In this document: positions 52,134 to 60,787 of the stretch, one piece after another
How the letters are laid out: every line of letters begins with the position of its first letter
Numbering within the stretch: the first letter of the stretch is position 1
Origin: a virus
Reading direction: 5' to 3' (one strand)
Length of the DNA stretch: 64,000 nt
Virus record (IMG/VR): IMGVR_UViG_3300007516_000015
Span: 4,136-68,135 of that record
The notes under the pieces: generated by a model
What the model saw: the letters and a program-made list of their open reading frames with translations, nothing else
The model's database searches: none
What the model was told of the DNA's origin: nothing
Translations under genes and position numbers: made by a program

Positions 52134-53987
52134 ATGAATAAGATGAAGATAAAAAATTACCTTACAGAAACTTTTATAAGTGAAGAATCTAGCCCAGCGA
52201 TAGCTTTAAACACAAAGATTAGAAAAGATAATTCTAAGGTTAATAAAGCTGGAGTTAAAGCTGTTGAGAAAGATTCTTTAGATTACAATAAGAGTCTTAA
52301 ACAAGACAAAGAAACTTCAAAGATGGCACCGAATAAATTCAATTATAATGATGACTTTGAAAATGAATATCATGATGAAATGGAAATCATGAATGGCCAA
52401 GAAATGATTCAATATGATAGAAAACCTAATTCTGAATTTATCAAAAGAGCTGAAGAAGCAATTGTTGGTAGTTCAAACATGGGTAATAACCCAGAATGGG
52501 CGAACGTTGTTCCAAAACAACAAGGGTTTGAAGGTCCTGATTTTGGAAAAAACTTGGTTAAAAAAATAAAAGACTCTGTTAAGAAGAGAAACGACCAAAC
52601 TCCAACAATTAACCTTAGAGGGCAAAACATTCAAGCTGACCTTGAAGATACAGGAAATAGACCTTATGCTATTCAAGAAAATTTACTAAATAATAACAAT
52701 AAAACACCACAAATAAAAGAATCGATGAAAAGACTTAGATTTAAAAATGAATTCAAAGGGTTAGGAAATGCTTTGAAACTTATACCAGAAGGTTACAAAG
52801 TAGATAACAAACAATTCGAAATGACTGACGGTAATGAAACCTACAAAATCCGTTGGGAAGGAAATCTTTCTGAAGGTAAAGCAGTTATTTTAACAGCTGC
52901 CGATAAAACATTGGTTAATGAAGATATAAAAAGAATGAGAGAGTTATTCGGATACAAATCTCAAGATACTTTAGGACTTGTTAAAGGTAACGCTAGAATC
53001 AACGAAAATAAAATTTTCAACGATATTTTAACTAAATCGAAAAGCCTTTTTAACGAAGGTGAAGATATAGAATCAGCTAAAACTGAAAAAGGTAATTGGG
53101 AAGAAAAAACAAAGAAAGCTCCAGAGGCTACCAAACACATCCAAGGGACTACTTCAACTGATAAAGGTACCAAAGCACCAAAAGCTAAAGAAGGTGACGC
53201 TAGTAAGGCTGTTTCACAGGCTCCAGAAGCTAAGAAACACATAGAAAGCGGTAAATCTAAAGGAACAGCAACAAAACCCAAAGAAGGTAATTGGGATGAT
53301 GTTTCTGGTGGTGAAAAAATGATGGATATCAACGTTCCAACACCAAAAGAAGGTAAGTGGGAAGATATTACAATAACTCAAGCCCCAGAAGCAACGAAAC
53401 ATATCGAAGGAACTACTTCAACTGACAAAGGTACCAAAGCACCAGCACCTAAACAAGGTTATTGGGAAGACGCTTCAATAAAGCAGTCTGCTGAAGCTAA
53501 AAAACACCTTCAAATAACAGAATCTGAAATGACTGATGAAGATTTGAAGAAACAAATTGAAGAGGATATGATGAAAATGGCTGAATCACCAGTAAGAGAA
53601 GTAGAAGGTGAAGAAGAGGAAGAAGCAGAAACAGAAGATTCATGGAATAAGTCTGACGATGAAGATGAATCTTCAGAAGTAGAACCAAGTGGAAGTGATG
53701 TTTCATCATCTGTACCAATGGATAATGATGATGACGATGATGATGATATTTCGGTCCCATCTCCAATGTCAGCACCTAAACAAAGTGTAGCACCTCAATT
53801 GTTATTTAGCCCATCAAAAGGAATTTATTGGATTAAAGGCCCAAGTCTTCCACCAAACGGTATGGAAGTTCCAGCTGAATATATGTCTATCGCTTCAGAT
53901 AGTACTAAAAAAGCTTCAGAAAAAGCTGCTTTGATTATCCAAAAAATGGATGAAATGGGTGGTGAAGAAGAGTTAGGTGGAATGTAA
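52134..53987 (+). CDS. putative head/prohead-core protein with internal repeats and acidic tail
   Basis: 617 aa; K(E/Q)GxW(E/D) and APEAxKH repeats; TATTTAT at 52110-52116. Confidence 0.55.
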   Translation: MNKMKIKNYLTETFISEESSPAIALNTKIRKDNSKVNKAGVKAVEKDSLDYNKSLKQDKETSKMAPNKFNYNDDFENEYHDEMEIMNGQEMIQYDRKPNSEFIKRAEEAIVGSSNMGNNPEWANVVPKQQGFEGPDFGKNLVKKIKDSVKKRNDQTPTINLRGQNIQADLEDTGNRPYAIQENLLNNNNKTPQIKESMKRLRFKNEFKGLGNALKLIPEGYKVDNKQFEMTDGNETYKIRWEGNLSEGKAVILTAADKTLVNEDIKRMRELFGYKSQDTLGLVKGNARINENKIFNDILTKSKSLFNEGEDIESAKTEKGNWEEKTKKAPEATKHIQGTTSTDKGTKAPKAKEGDASKAVSQAPEAKKHIESGKSKGTATKPKEGNWDDVSGGEKMMDINVPTPKEGKWEDITITQAPEATKHIEGTTSTDKGTKAPAPKQGYWEDASIKQSAEAKKHLQITESEMTDEDLKKQIEEDMMKMAESPVREVEGEEEEEAETEDSWNKSDDEDESSEVEPSGSDVSSSVPMDNDDDDDDDISVPSPMSAPKQSVAPQLLFSPSKGIYWIKGPSLPPNGMEVPAEYMSIASDSTKKASEKAALIIQKMDEMGGEEELGGM

Positions 53988-54010
53988 TAAAAGAAAATAA
54001 TTAAACAAAT

Positions 54011-54036
54011 AAAACCCCAGATATCTGGGGTTTTTT
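54011..54036 (+). terminator. intrinsic terminator
   Basis: aaaaccccag-atat-ctggggtttttt. Confidence 0.88.
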
Positions 54037-54086
54037 GTTTTTTAGGGTATTTATTGTTAAATAACATTTATTTAATAATAAAACAC

Positions 54087-54701
54087 ATGAGTTTAATTAA
54101 ATTACAAGAAAAAATAGGTGCAAAAGCTGATGGTTCTTTTGGTCCAGCAACTTTAAAAGCGATAGCCGCTTATTATAAAATGTCACCAGAAAGAGCTGCC
54201 CATTTTTGTGGTCAAATATCACATGAAACTGGTGGTTTTAGAGTTTTCGATGAAAACTTGAGTTATAGCAGTACTGGGTTAAAAAAAACCTTCGGGAAAT
54301 ATTTTCCAAAAGATTTATCTGAATCATATGCCAGACAACCGATTAAAATAGCTTCTAGAGTTTACGCTAATAGAATGGGTAACGGAAACGAAGCCTCACA
54401 AGATGGGTGGAAATTCAGAGGAAGAGGTGCAATCCAAACAACTGGTAAATCAAACTATAAAGCTTTTTCCGACTCTATTAAAATGCCTATTATAATGATA
54501 AATCCTGATTTGGTTGCCAACGAATATTCATTTGAATCAGCTATTTTCTTTTTTGAAAAAAATAATTTATGGGCCATTGCTGACAAAGGGGTTAACCCAA
54601 AAACAATCCTTTCAATAACAAAAAGAATAAATGGTGGTACGAATGGGTTGGCTGATAGAGAATCTTTAACCAACAGATATTATGGGTGGTTAAAAGCGTA
54701 A
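54087..54701 (+). CDS. endolysin, glycoside hydrolase family 19 with short peptidoglycan-binding N-terminus
   Basis: ADGSFGPAT, HF.GQ..HETGGF, ENL, YANRMGNG, FRGRGAIQ.TG, INGG.NGL.DR; ATG 54087 preferred over the upstream TTG. Confidence 0.92.
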   Translation: MSLIKLQEKIGAKADGSFGPATLKAIAAYYKMSPERAAHFCGQISHETGGFRVFDENLSYSSTGLKKTFGKYFPKDLSESYARQPIKIASRVYANRMGNGNEASQDGWKFRGRGAIQTTGKSNYKAFSDSIKMPIIMINPDLVANEYSFESAIFFFEKNNLWAIADKGVNPKTILSITKRINGGTNGLADRESLTNRYYGWLKA

Positions 54702-54738
54702 TGCTTTATTTTTGTACAGAAATTAGTATAATAATAAA

Positions 54739-55209
54739 ATGGATAATAACGATAAAAATAGAAAATTTTTAGATTATATAAAAAACCCTATGACCAAAGA
54801 AAGTATCGCAGTAATTTACGATGCTAATAACATAAAATTTGAAAAATGTGAACTTTATAGTGATTTTATACAATCCTTGTTATTAATAGCTTTTGACACC
54901 TATATGGGTGATGAGGTAACAAGTTTAGTTGAACAAACAAACCATTTTAAATGGTCTTGGGAGAAAAACTTGTCTAATTTTAGGCAAGAAGGTATCATCT
55001 TCGAGAACCCTAATTTATATGAATATTTTTTGGAATTTATGCTTGAAGTTTTTTATTCAATAGATAAATTAGAAGAAAACTCCACTGTTGATAGTTCATT
55101 AATTTTATGGGTGAATATCTTTGAGTATGGTAAATTAAAGACTCGTTCTGAGATGGATACGTTTGTAGAGATATACCAAATTTTTGAAAAATCACTCATA
55201 ATAAAGTAA
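54739..55209 (+). CDS. hypothetical protein
   Basis: 156 aa ORF. Confidence 0.7.
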   Translation: MDNNDKNRKFLDYIKNPMTKESIAVIYDANNIKFEKCELYSDFIQSLLLIAFDTYMGDEVTSLVEQTNHFKWSWEKNLSNFRQEGIIFENPNLYEYFLEFMLEVFYSIDKLEENSTVDSSLILWVNIFEYGKLKTRSEMDTFVEIYQIFEKSLIIK

Positions 55210-55258
55210 AAAAACGATTTAGGGTTTATTTTTGAAAATAAAGCGTTAGTTTTACCAC

Positions 55259-55495
55259 ATGAACACAGAAAAATTATTTAATATTCTTATTTCAGAATAC
55301 AATTTGAGTATTGTAAAACTAGAATATGATTTAGAAAGAGCTGTTAACTCTGAAGATACCGAAATAGAAAAAAAAACAAAAAAAATTGAAAATATCTTAA
55401 GTAAGATAGTAAATAAAGAAAGTTGTTTAGCTAAATTAATATCGATGCTACCAACCAATAACAAAAAACAAATAAAAACAAAAACAAATGACTAA
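55259..55495 (+). CDS. hypothetical coiled-coil protein
   Basis: 78 aa ORF overlapping the next start. Confidence 0.6.
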   Translation: MNTEKLFNILISEYNLSIVKLEYDLERAVNSEDTEIEKKTKKIENILSKIVNKESCLAKLISMLPTNNKKQIKTKTND

Positions 55496-55664
55496 ATTTA
55501 ACGAATTAAAAGAATTGGTTGCTAAACTAGAAGAAGATGCAATTAAGTTTTACGAAAAAGACAATAAAGCAGCTGGTGTTAGATTAAGAAAAGGTCTACA
55601 GGAAATCAAAAGTTTATCACAAGCATTAAGAGTTGATGTTTCTAACAAGAAAAAAGAAGATTAA
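55488..55664 (+). CDS. histone H1-like (Hc1 family) small DNA-binding protein; absent from the ORF track
   Basis: 58 aa read by hand: MTKFNELKELVAKLEEDAIKFYEKDNKAAGVRLRKGLQEIKSLSQALRVDVSNKKKED. Confidence 0.85.
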   Translation: MTKFNELKELVAKLEEDAIKFYEKDNKAAGVRLRKGLQEIKSLSQALRVDVSNKKKED

Positions 55665-55666
55665 CA

Positions 55667-55879
55667 ATGATTATAGAAATAATGAATAGGGTTTTAATAA
55701 TGGTTTTCATTTTATCAAATTTGGTAATTTTTAGACACTTTTATTATTTGATTCAAGCATTCCTAACATCAACCGAAGAGGTTCCAGTCAAATATAGGTT
55801 ATCCCAAAGAAGTTTACTTTTTTTAGGTATAGCAATTAGTTATATTTTATCAACAATCTTTACGGGAATAAATTTTTAA
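55667..55879 (+). CDS. small two-TM membrane protein (holin candidate)
   Basis: 70 aa with two hydrophobic segments, about 1 kb from the endolysin. Confidence 0.55.
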   Translation: MIIEIMNRVLIMVFILSNLVIFRHFYYLIQAFLTSTEEVPVKYRLSQRSLLFLGIAISYILSTIFTGINF

Positions 55880-55882
55880 AAT

Positions 55883-56656
55883 ATGTCAAACATACAAAAA
55901 ACTTTAGATTCACTACAACCATATGTTATCGGTATTAGATATTTGGATGGTGTAGTCTTAGTAGATGCTGTCTTCAAAGAAGGTTGGGCGGTCCCAGACG
56001 AACCCAATATCAAGAAAGCTAAAGGTAATGATGAAATGAATTACTATATGATTTTTAGTGATACACCTGAAATTGGTTTGGATGAGCTTTTAAACTATGT
56101 CGAACGAATTATAAAACTAAACCAAGAACGTGAGAAGAAACATGATTTATTACGTCAAAAAGTTAATGAACTTAAAGAGGTGTTTAAAAAGAATCCACTC
56201 ACTAAACTTTCAAGGTTAAAATTTAGTTTCGAAGATGAAGATTTAACACCTAAATTAGATGATTTTGACGTAGATTTTGATTTAGAGGAAATTGTACAAC
56301 CTAAAATCGTACAACCTAAAATAGCTGAAGAACCTTTTGTGGAAGAACCTTTTGTGGAAGAACCTTTTGTGGAAGAAATAATAGATGGCCCAAAAGTTAA
56401 TGGTTTTGATTACCTAGATGAAGATGGGAACCCAATTGTGATGTCTGAATTGGAATTGGAAATGATAGAAGAAGAAAATAGAGCTGCTAGGAATCTAAAA
56501 ATGACGAGTAAGAAAACTCCATCAACTAAAATAGAGCTACCACCGAAAAGAAAACTCCAGATGGAAACTAGTGGTTCGGAATATGAATCCGAGCGTGAAT
56601 CCGAGTGTGAATGTGGGCCTGAGGAAGCTTGTGAGAAATGTATTGATAGAAAATAA
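55883..56656 (+). CDS. hypothetical protein with EEPFV repeats and C-terminal Cys cluster
   Basis: 257 aa; gaagaaccttttgtg x3; CECGPEEACEKC. Confidence 0.75.
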   Translation: MSNIQKTLDSLQPYVIGIRYLDGVVLVDAVFKEGWAVPDEPNIKKAKGNDEMNYYMIFSDTPEIGLDELLNYVERIIKLNQEREKKHDLLRQKVNELKEVFKKNPLTKLSRLKFSFEDEDLTPKLDDFDVDFDLEEIVQPKIVQPKIAEEPFVEEPFVEEPFVEEIIDGPKVNGFDYLDEDGNPIVMSELELEMIEEENRAARNLKMTSKKTPSTKIELPPKRKLQMETSGSEYESERESECECGPEEACEKCIDRK

Positions 56657-56690
56657 TATAAACCCCAGATATCTGGGGTTTATATTATTT
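56651..56690. terminator. bidirectional terminator (perfect 40-bp palindrome)
   Basis: aaataatataaaccccagat|atctggggtttatattattt between convergent genes. Confidence 0.9.
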
Positions 56691-57014
56691 AATTTCTAAG
56701 TATTCTTGAAGTGTGTGGACCAACCAAACACCACCAGAAGATAGTAATCCGTTTAACAAGGTCATCAAATATAAATTCTCAACACCAATAGAGCCAAGTG
56801 GAGTTAAACTACCATAACCTAAGTAGCTCATCATTAAACTAACCACAAAACCCATCCAAGTCCCTAGACACATAAAACAGCTAAATAATTTATGGAGGCT
56901 ATAACCCCCAGTACCAAAAATAGCTAAAAAGTTTCTAAAACCTAGAAAGATAGAACCGTAAATCAAATTGTTACAAGCTCCGTAACAAATCAATATGAAA
57001 ATAAGTGTTGCCAT
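56685..57014 (-). CDS. membrane protein with CxxC, DUF1360-like
   Basis: SIF..FR, LFSCFMCLGTWMG, three hydrophobic helices; ATG 57014 preferred; the only convincing minus-strand gene. Confidence 0.75.
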   Translation of the reverse strand: MATLIFILICYGACNNLIYGSIFLGFRNFLAIFGTGGYSLHKLFSCFMCLGTWMGFVVSLMMSYLGYGSLTPLGSIGVENLYLMTLLNGLLSSGGVWLVHTLQEYLEIK

Positions 57015-57058
57015 AAGAGTCGAATATATGTATATTTGTAACATATGTCAATATTTAT
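57008..57058. promoter_or_regulatory. overlapping divergent promoters
   Basis: +: TTG(57008)-N20-TATATTTG(57031-57038) and TATTTAT(57052-57058); -: TTG(57051-57049)-N20-TATATTCG(57028-57021). Confidence 0.55.
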
Positions 57059-57072
57059 GATAAAGATATGGT

Positions 57073-57243
57073 ATGAAATTAAACATAAAATTAAGGTTGA
57101 AAGAGGGTTTAAATCAAATAATCAACTGTAAAAAATGTGAATGGTCTTGGAAAAAATCTGAAAGTGGACCAGATATGTATTTTTGTCATAAATGTGGGCA
57201 AGATAATACACCAGATAATATAACCGAAAAATCAAAAAAATGA
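57073..57243 (+). CDS. small zinc-ribbon protein; absent from the ORF track
   Basis: 56 aa read by hand: CKKCEWSW...YFCHKCG; ATGA overlap with the next gene. Confidence 0.75.
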   Translation: MKLNIKLRLKEGLNQIINCKKCEWSWKKSESGPDMYFCHKCGQDNTPDNITEKSKK

Positions 57244-57479
57244 AAGAAGAGTTTAGATACTTAACCCCAACTGAAGTTAAAAATGAAATTAGGTCAGAGT
57301 TGGATTTTATAAAAAGCGAAACCAATACCACTTCAGTTAATAAAAGCAATTTTGTTAACCAAATTAAAAAAGGTTTGGGTGATGAGATTAAAACAAAGGG
57401 TAGGCAAGTAACAATAATAAAAAAAACCAAGACACAAAAAATAGTAGAATGGTTTACAAAGATTTTTACAAAATTTTAA
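57240..57479 (+). CDS. hypothetical protein
   Basis: 79 aa coupled ORF. Confidence 0.65.
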   Translation: MKEEFRYLTPTEVKNEIRSELDFIKSETNTTSVNKSNFVNQIKKGLGDEIKTKGRQVTIIKKTKTQKIVEWFTKIFTKF

Positions 57480-57480
57480 A

Positions 57481-57705
57481 ATGAATTACGAACAACTTAT
57501 TCAAACCGTTTCATCAATTGTTGAAGATGAAAGAATTCAAAAAATTGGGTTAACTCTAACCTATCAATTGCATGAATTAGAACATAATGGTATAAGCGAA
57601 TCCATTTACAACAAACTTAACCCATTTTCAGTTGATTTCACCCCATCTGATGAATTCGAAGTTATGTTGGGTGGAGTTCTTGTTAAGTTCAAGAAAAAAT
57701 TGTAA
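57481..57705 (+). CDS. hypothetical protein
   Basis: 74 aa coupled ORF. Confidence 0.65.
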   Translation: MNYEQLIQTVSSIVEDERIQKIGLTLTYQLHELEHNGISESIYNKLNPFSVDFTPSDEFEVMLGGVLVKFKKKL

Positions 57706-57710
57706 CTTTG
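57680..57710 (+). promoter_or_regulatory. Bacteroidota-type promoter, probably giving a leaderless transcript
   Basis: TTG-N20-TAACTTTG ends 4 nt before ATG 57715. Confidence 0.65.
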
Positions 57711-57714
57711 TTGA

Positions 57715-58329
57715 ATGGCAAAAGATAAAAAAATTTTAGAAGACTGGCCAAACTATAACCTTGTCGCTGGACTTGATGAAGTGGGTAGGGGTTGTGGTGC
57801 TGGACCTATCGTCACGGCAGCTGTAATAATGCCCAAAGCTTTTAACTCACCATTTATCAGAGATTCAAAGAAACTATCCGAGGCTCAAAGAAATGTAGCT
57901 TATAAGCTCATCTTAGACAACGCCATTTCTGTTTCTTGTTGTGCAGGGTCGGTTAGTGAGATTGATTCGTTAGGAATCAACTTAGCGACATTTAAAACCA
58001 TGCATCAGTGTATAGATGGTTTGGTGATAAAACCAGAATATATTTTGGTCGATGGAATCACATGGGAACCTTACACAGGGACAAACGCTGACAACACAAA
58101 AGTAAGTCTAATCCCAAAGGGGGATGACACCTACACATGTATCGCTGCTGCCGCTATTGTGGCCAAAGTGAGGCGCGATGAATACATGTGTAAAATCCAT
58201 GCGTTGTTTCCGCGATACAATTGGGGTTCGAATAAAGGTTATTTAACACCAGACCATATTTCTGTTTTGAAGGAGATAGGGGTGAGTAGATATCATAGGA
58301 AACTTTATGTGAGGAATTTTGTGAAATAA
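57715..58329 (+). CDS. rnhB: ribonuclease HII
   Basis: AGLDEVGRG..AGP, DSKKLS, LVDG, KGD...IAAAAIVAKV.RD, NKGY. Confidence 0.95.
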   Translation: MAKDKKILEDWPNYNLVAGLDEVGRGCGAGPIVTAAVIMPKAFNSPFIRDSKKLSEAQRNVAYKLILDNAISVSCCAGSVSEIDSLGINLATFKTMHQCIDGLVIKPEYILVDGITWEPYTGTNADNTKVSLIPKGDDTYTCIAAAAIVAKVRRDEYMCKIHALFPRYNWGSNKGYLTPDHISVLKEIGVSRYHRKLYVRNFVK

Positions 58330-58330
58330 T

Positions 58331-58361
58331 TTTGTTATTTAAAAAATTATCCCTACTTTTG
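58331..58361 (+). promoter_or_regulatory. Bacteroidota-type promoter heading the accessory region
   Basis: TTTG-N19-TACTTTTG. Confidence 0.7.
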
Positions 58362-58371
58362 TATAAAATAA

Positions 58372-58926
58372 ATGAAAATGGATTCATCTAGAAAAAAAAT
58401 TAAACGAGTTTTAACCGCAGTGGTTATCACTTTATGGTTTTTGATTGCTTTGTTGCTTATGATTTCATGTGGTAAAGAAATCACACCAGGAAATTACACT
58501 CTAGGTCAAGAACTACAAGATTCCTCAAATTGGCAATCAAACTACGTACCAGCTGGTGTTTTACCTAGTTTTGGAGTTGGTAACACCAACGAATTAACTG
58601 GAACAAAATGGGTTCTTGTTAGGTACAATATAGGAGGGTTTAATACTTTGTATCCTAACGATACTATCATGTTTATTGAAAATAACCGTTATACGGTTAA
58701 TAACAGCCCAATTTTTGACCATCGAACATATCAAATTTCAAACCTAGTTGGTTCACCAAATAAGTCATTATCATTGAATTTTTTCCCTACTTTTGGTGGT
58801 AGTATCTATTCTGGTCAAGTAGGTTAATTTTTCGTTTCTGACGGTTTTTCAAATGAAACTTATATTAACTTTTCTGATTTATATAGCAACACAAACATAA
58901 ATTCTTGGATTATTAGAATATTGTAA
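58372..58926 (+). pseudogene. lipoprotein gene with an internal TAA at 58825-58827
   Basis: Lipobox LLMISC; frame continues 32 codons past the TAA to a stop at 58926, 2 nt before the next ATG. Confidence 0.55.
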
Positions 58927-58928
58927 TT

Positions 58929-59141
58929 ATGGAAATAAGAAAAATTTTACGAAAAAATATGCCGTTGTTTGTTAGAGAAATGATGGTTAGCGAATTAGAT
59001 AAAACCAAATGTTCAACAAAATTTTTATCACATAATTTGAATGATGATACTATGGTTAACGTTAAATGCCATGTAGATGGTGTTTTAGACTTACGTGGTA
59101 AGAAAGAGGAATACCGTATTATAGTTGCTGATAACTTTTAA
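58929..59141 (+). CDS. hypothetical protein
   Basis: 70 aa ORF. Confidence 0.55.
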   Translation: MEIRKILRKNMPLFVREMMVSELDKTKCSTKFLSHNLNDDTMVNVKCHVDGVLDLRGKKEEYRIIVADNF

Positions 59142-59161
59142 ACCCCAAGATGTAAAATACT

Positions 59162-59707
59162 ATGAAGTTTAAAAAACATAGAATCGTAACGGATAAATAC
59201 CTAGGTTTTGAGTGTCAAGTATGGTATTTATGGTTTCCTTTTTGGGTTCCAATTAATTTAGGGAACACACACAAGACTTTAGAAAAAGCAAAAAAGTTTA
59301 TTGGGGAACCAGAAATAGTCTGGAGCTCCCGCGAATATAAGAACTTACCAAAAACACAAAACATGACAATCATTGAAGAAATTAAGTTAGAAAGAGAAAA
59401 ACAAGATGGTAAATGGGGTGAGCAAACACACCCTTGTTTAGACCAAACTTTACTAAATAGGGAAGGGGGTTGTACATCAGAGCGTATGTGTGAGAATTAC
59501 GAAATACCATCTGAAACAAGAGCGAAATTTATGTGTGATAACTCATTTGAAAACGGGTCAGGAACTTTCGCACATATAGCGGTTGAAGAACTCTCAGAAG
59601 TTATTAGTGAGTTCGACATCCATAAACGAAGAGAAGAATTAATCCAACTTACAGCTGTTTGTGTTGCTTGGATAGAATCTATCGATAGACAGATATTAGA
59701 AATGTAA
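59162..59707 (+). CDS. MazG-like nucleotide pyrophosphohydrolase with an unrelated N-terminal segment
   Basis: ER.KQD.KWGEQ.H, VEELSEV, REELIQL.AV.VAWIE. Confidence 0.7.
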   Translation: MKFKKHRIVTDKYLGFECQVWYLWFPFWVPINLGNTHKTLEKAKKFIGEPEIVWSSREYKNLPKTQNMTIIEEIKLEREKQDGKWGEQTHPCLDQTLLNREGGCTSERMCENYEIPSETRAKFMCDNSFENGSGTFAHIAVEELSEVISEFDIHKRREELIQLTAVCVAWIESIDRQILEM

Positions 59708-59710
59708 ACT

Positions 59711-60019
59711 ATGGAAATACAAGACATAATGAAAGCGTTGGCGATGAAAAAGATTTATACATCAATGCAGTACGATTCTGAAAGAGACGAGATATATGTA
59801 GATTTAGAAACAAAAGCAAAAAGCCATCTTCATTTATATGAAGATGGAACCCTTAAAGGGAGATACCAATACGAAATAAAAATCGATTTATCGCAGGATA
59901 TTGAAAGTTTGGTAACTCAATTATGTCACGAATTTAATAACGCATTACACGGTAGAGATTACTGTCAACCAGCGTGGGCTGATTTATGTCGTTCAAAGGA
60001 GATAATTCTTAAAATGTAG
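59711..60019 (+). CDS. hypothetical protein
   Basis: 102 aa ORF. Confidence 0.65.
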   Translation: MEIQDIMKALAMKKIYTSMQYDSERDEIYVDLETKAKSHLHLYEDGTLKGRYQYEIKIDLSQDIESLVTQLCHEFNNALHGRDYCQPAWADLCRSKEIILKM

Positions 60020-60052
60020 TTTATGTAGGTGATAGCTTTAAAATAATTTAAT

Positions 60053-60490
60053 ATGAATGAGACGAATAAAGTTTTAGAAGATAAACCTAAATTAAGTGAA
60101 AGAATTTCACTTGGTTTGGATAGAGAATTAAAACGACAGAAGGAAGCTGGTAAAGAATTTATTTCAGATGATGAAATAGATAATCTAATTGATAAGATTA
60201 TTAAAGAAGAATTAGGTGATGCGTGGAAGGAACAATATACGAAAAATCCTGATTGTACAAACCACAAAATCAAGTTGCCGTTACCTAATACTATACCTTC
60301 CTTGGTCTTAGATAAGATTTTGCGTCTCAACCAACCTTATAACTTAGCAGAGGTTTTAAAAGGGTTAATTGACGCGACAGATATTTTACTTCATAAAAGA
60401 GATTACGATGGAGCTGGTTGGGAAAGGTTAGAATACTGTTATCGTTTCGGTAAAGAGATTGTTGAGGAATTTGAAAACAATAAATTTTAA
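60053..60490 (+). CDS. hypothetical protein
   Basis: 145 aa ORF. Confidence 0.65.
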   Translation: MNETNKVLEDKPKLSERISLGLDRELKRQKEAGKEFISDDEIDNLIDKIIKEELGDAWKEQYTKNPDCTNHKIKLPLPNTIPSLVLDKILRLNQPYNLAEVLKGLIDATDILLHKRDYDGAGWERLEYCYRFGKEIVEEFENNKF

Positions 60491-60497
60491 AAATAAA

Positions 60498-60770
60498 ATG
60501 AAAAATAAAATGAAAAATATAAAAAAAATAAGTTTTTTAACCTATGTGCTGTTAGCGGTAGTGTTTTCTTCCTGTGAAAAACTTAAATACCCAAACACAC
60601 CATCAAAATTTAGGGTAATACAAGTTAAACCAAACCTAACAGAAGGAACAAGTATCTATTTAGTACAACCTATTGATAGACAAAACTTAATGATGAATGA
60701 AACTCGGTTCGTTGATAGTGTTGGTAAATTCAACGCTGGGGATACGGTATCCTTCCAAAATTGTCAATAA
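60498..60770 (+). CDS. putative lipoprotein
   Basis: Basic N-terminus, hydrophobic stretch, VFSSC lipobox; start at ATG 60498 or 60510. Confidence 0.65.
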   Translation: MKNKMKNIKKISFLTYVLLAVVFSSCEKLKYPNTPSKFRVIQVKPNLTEGTSIYLVQPIDRQNLMMNETRFVDSVGKFNAGDTVSFQNCQ

Positions 60771-60787
60771 CTTTTTAATGAGAAAAA

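Noticed and set aside
56290-56380. 15-bp tandem repeats as a phase-variation locus
   Set aside because: Unit length is a multiple of three, so copy change only alters a low-complexity linker
124-60330. Many short minus-strand and alternate-frame ORFs in the track (e.g. 12151-12501, 44160-44591, 52961-53332, 59965-60330)
   Set aside because: They lie fully within or opposite well-supported plus-strand genes and read as antisense shadows without motifs
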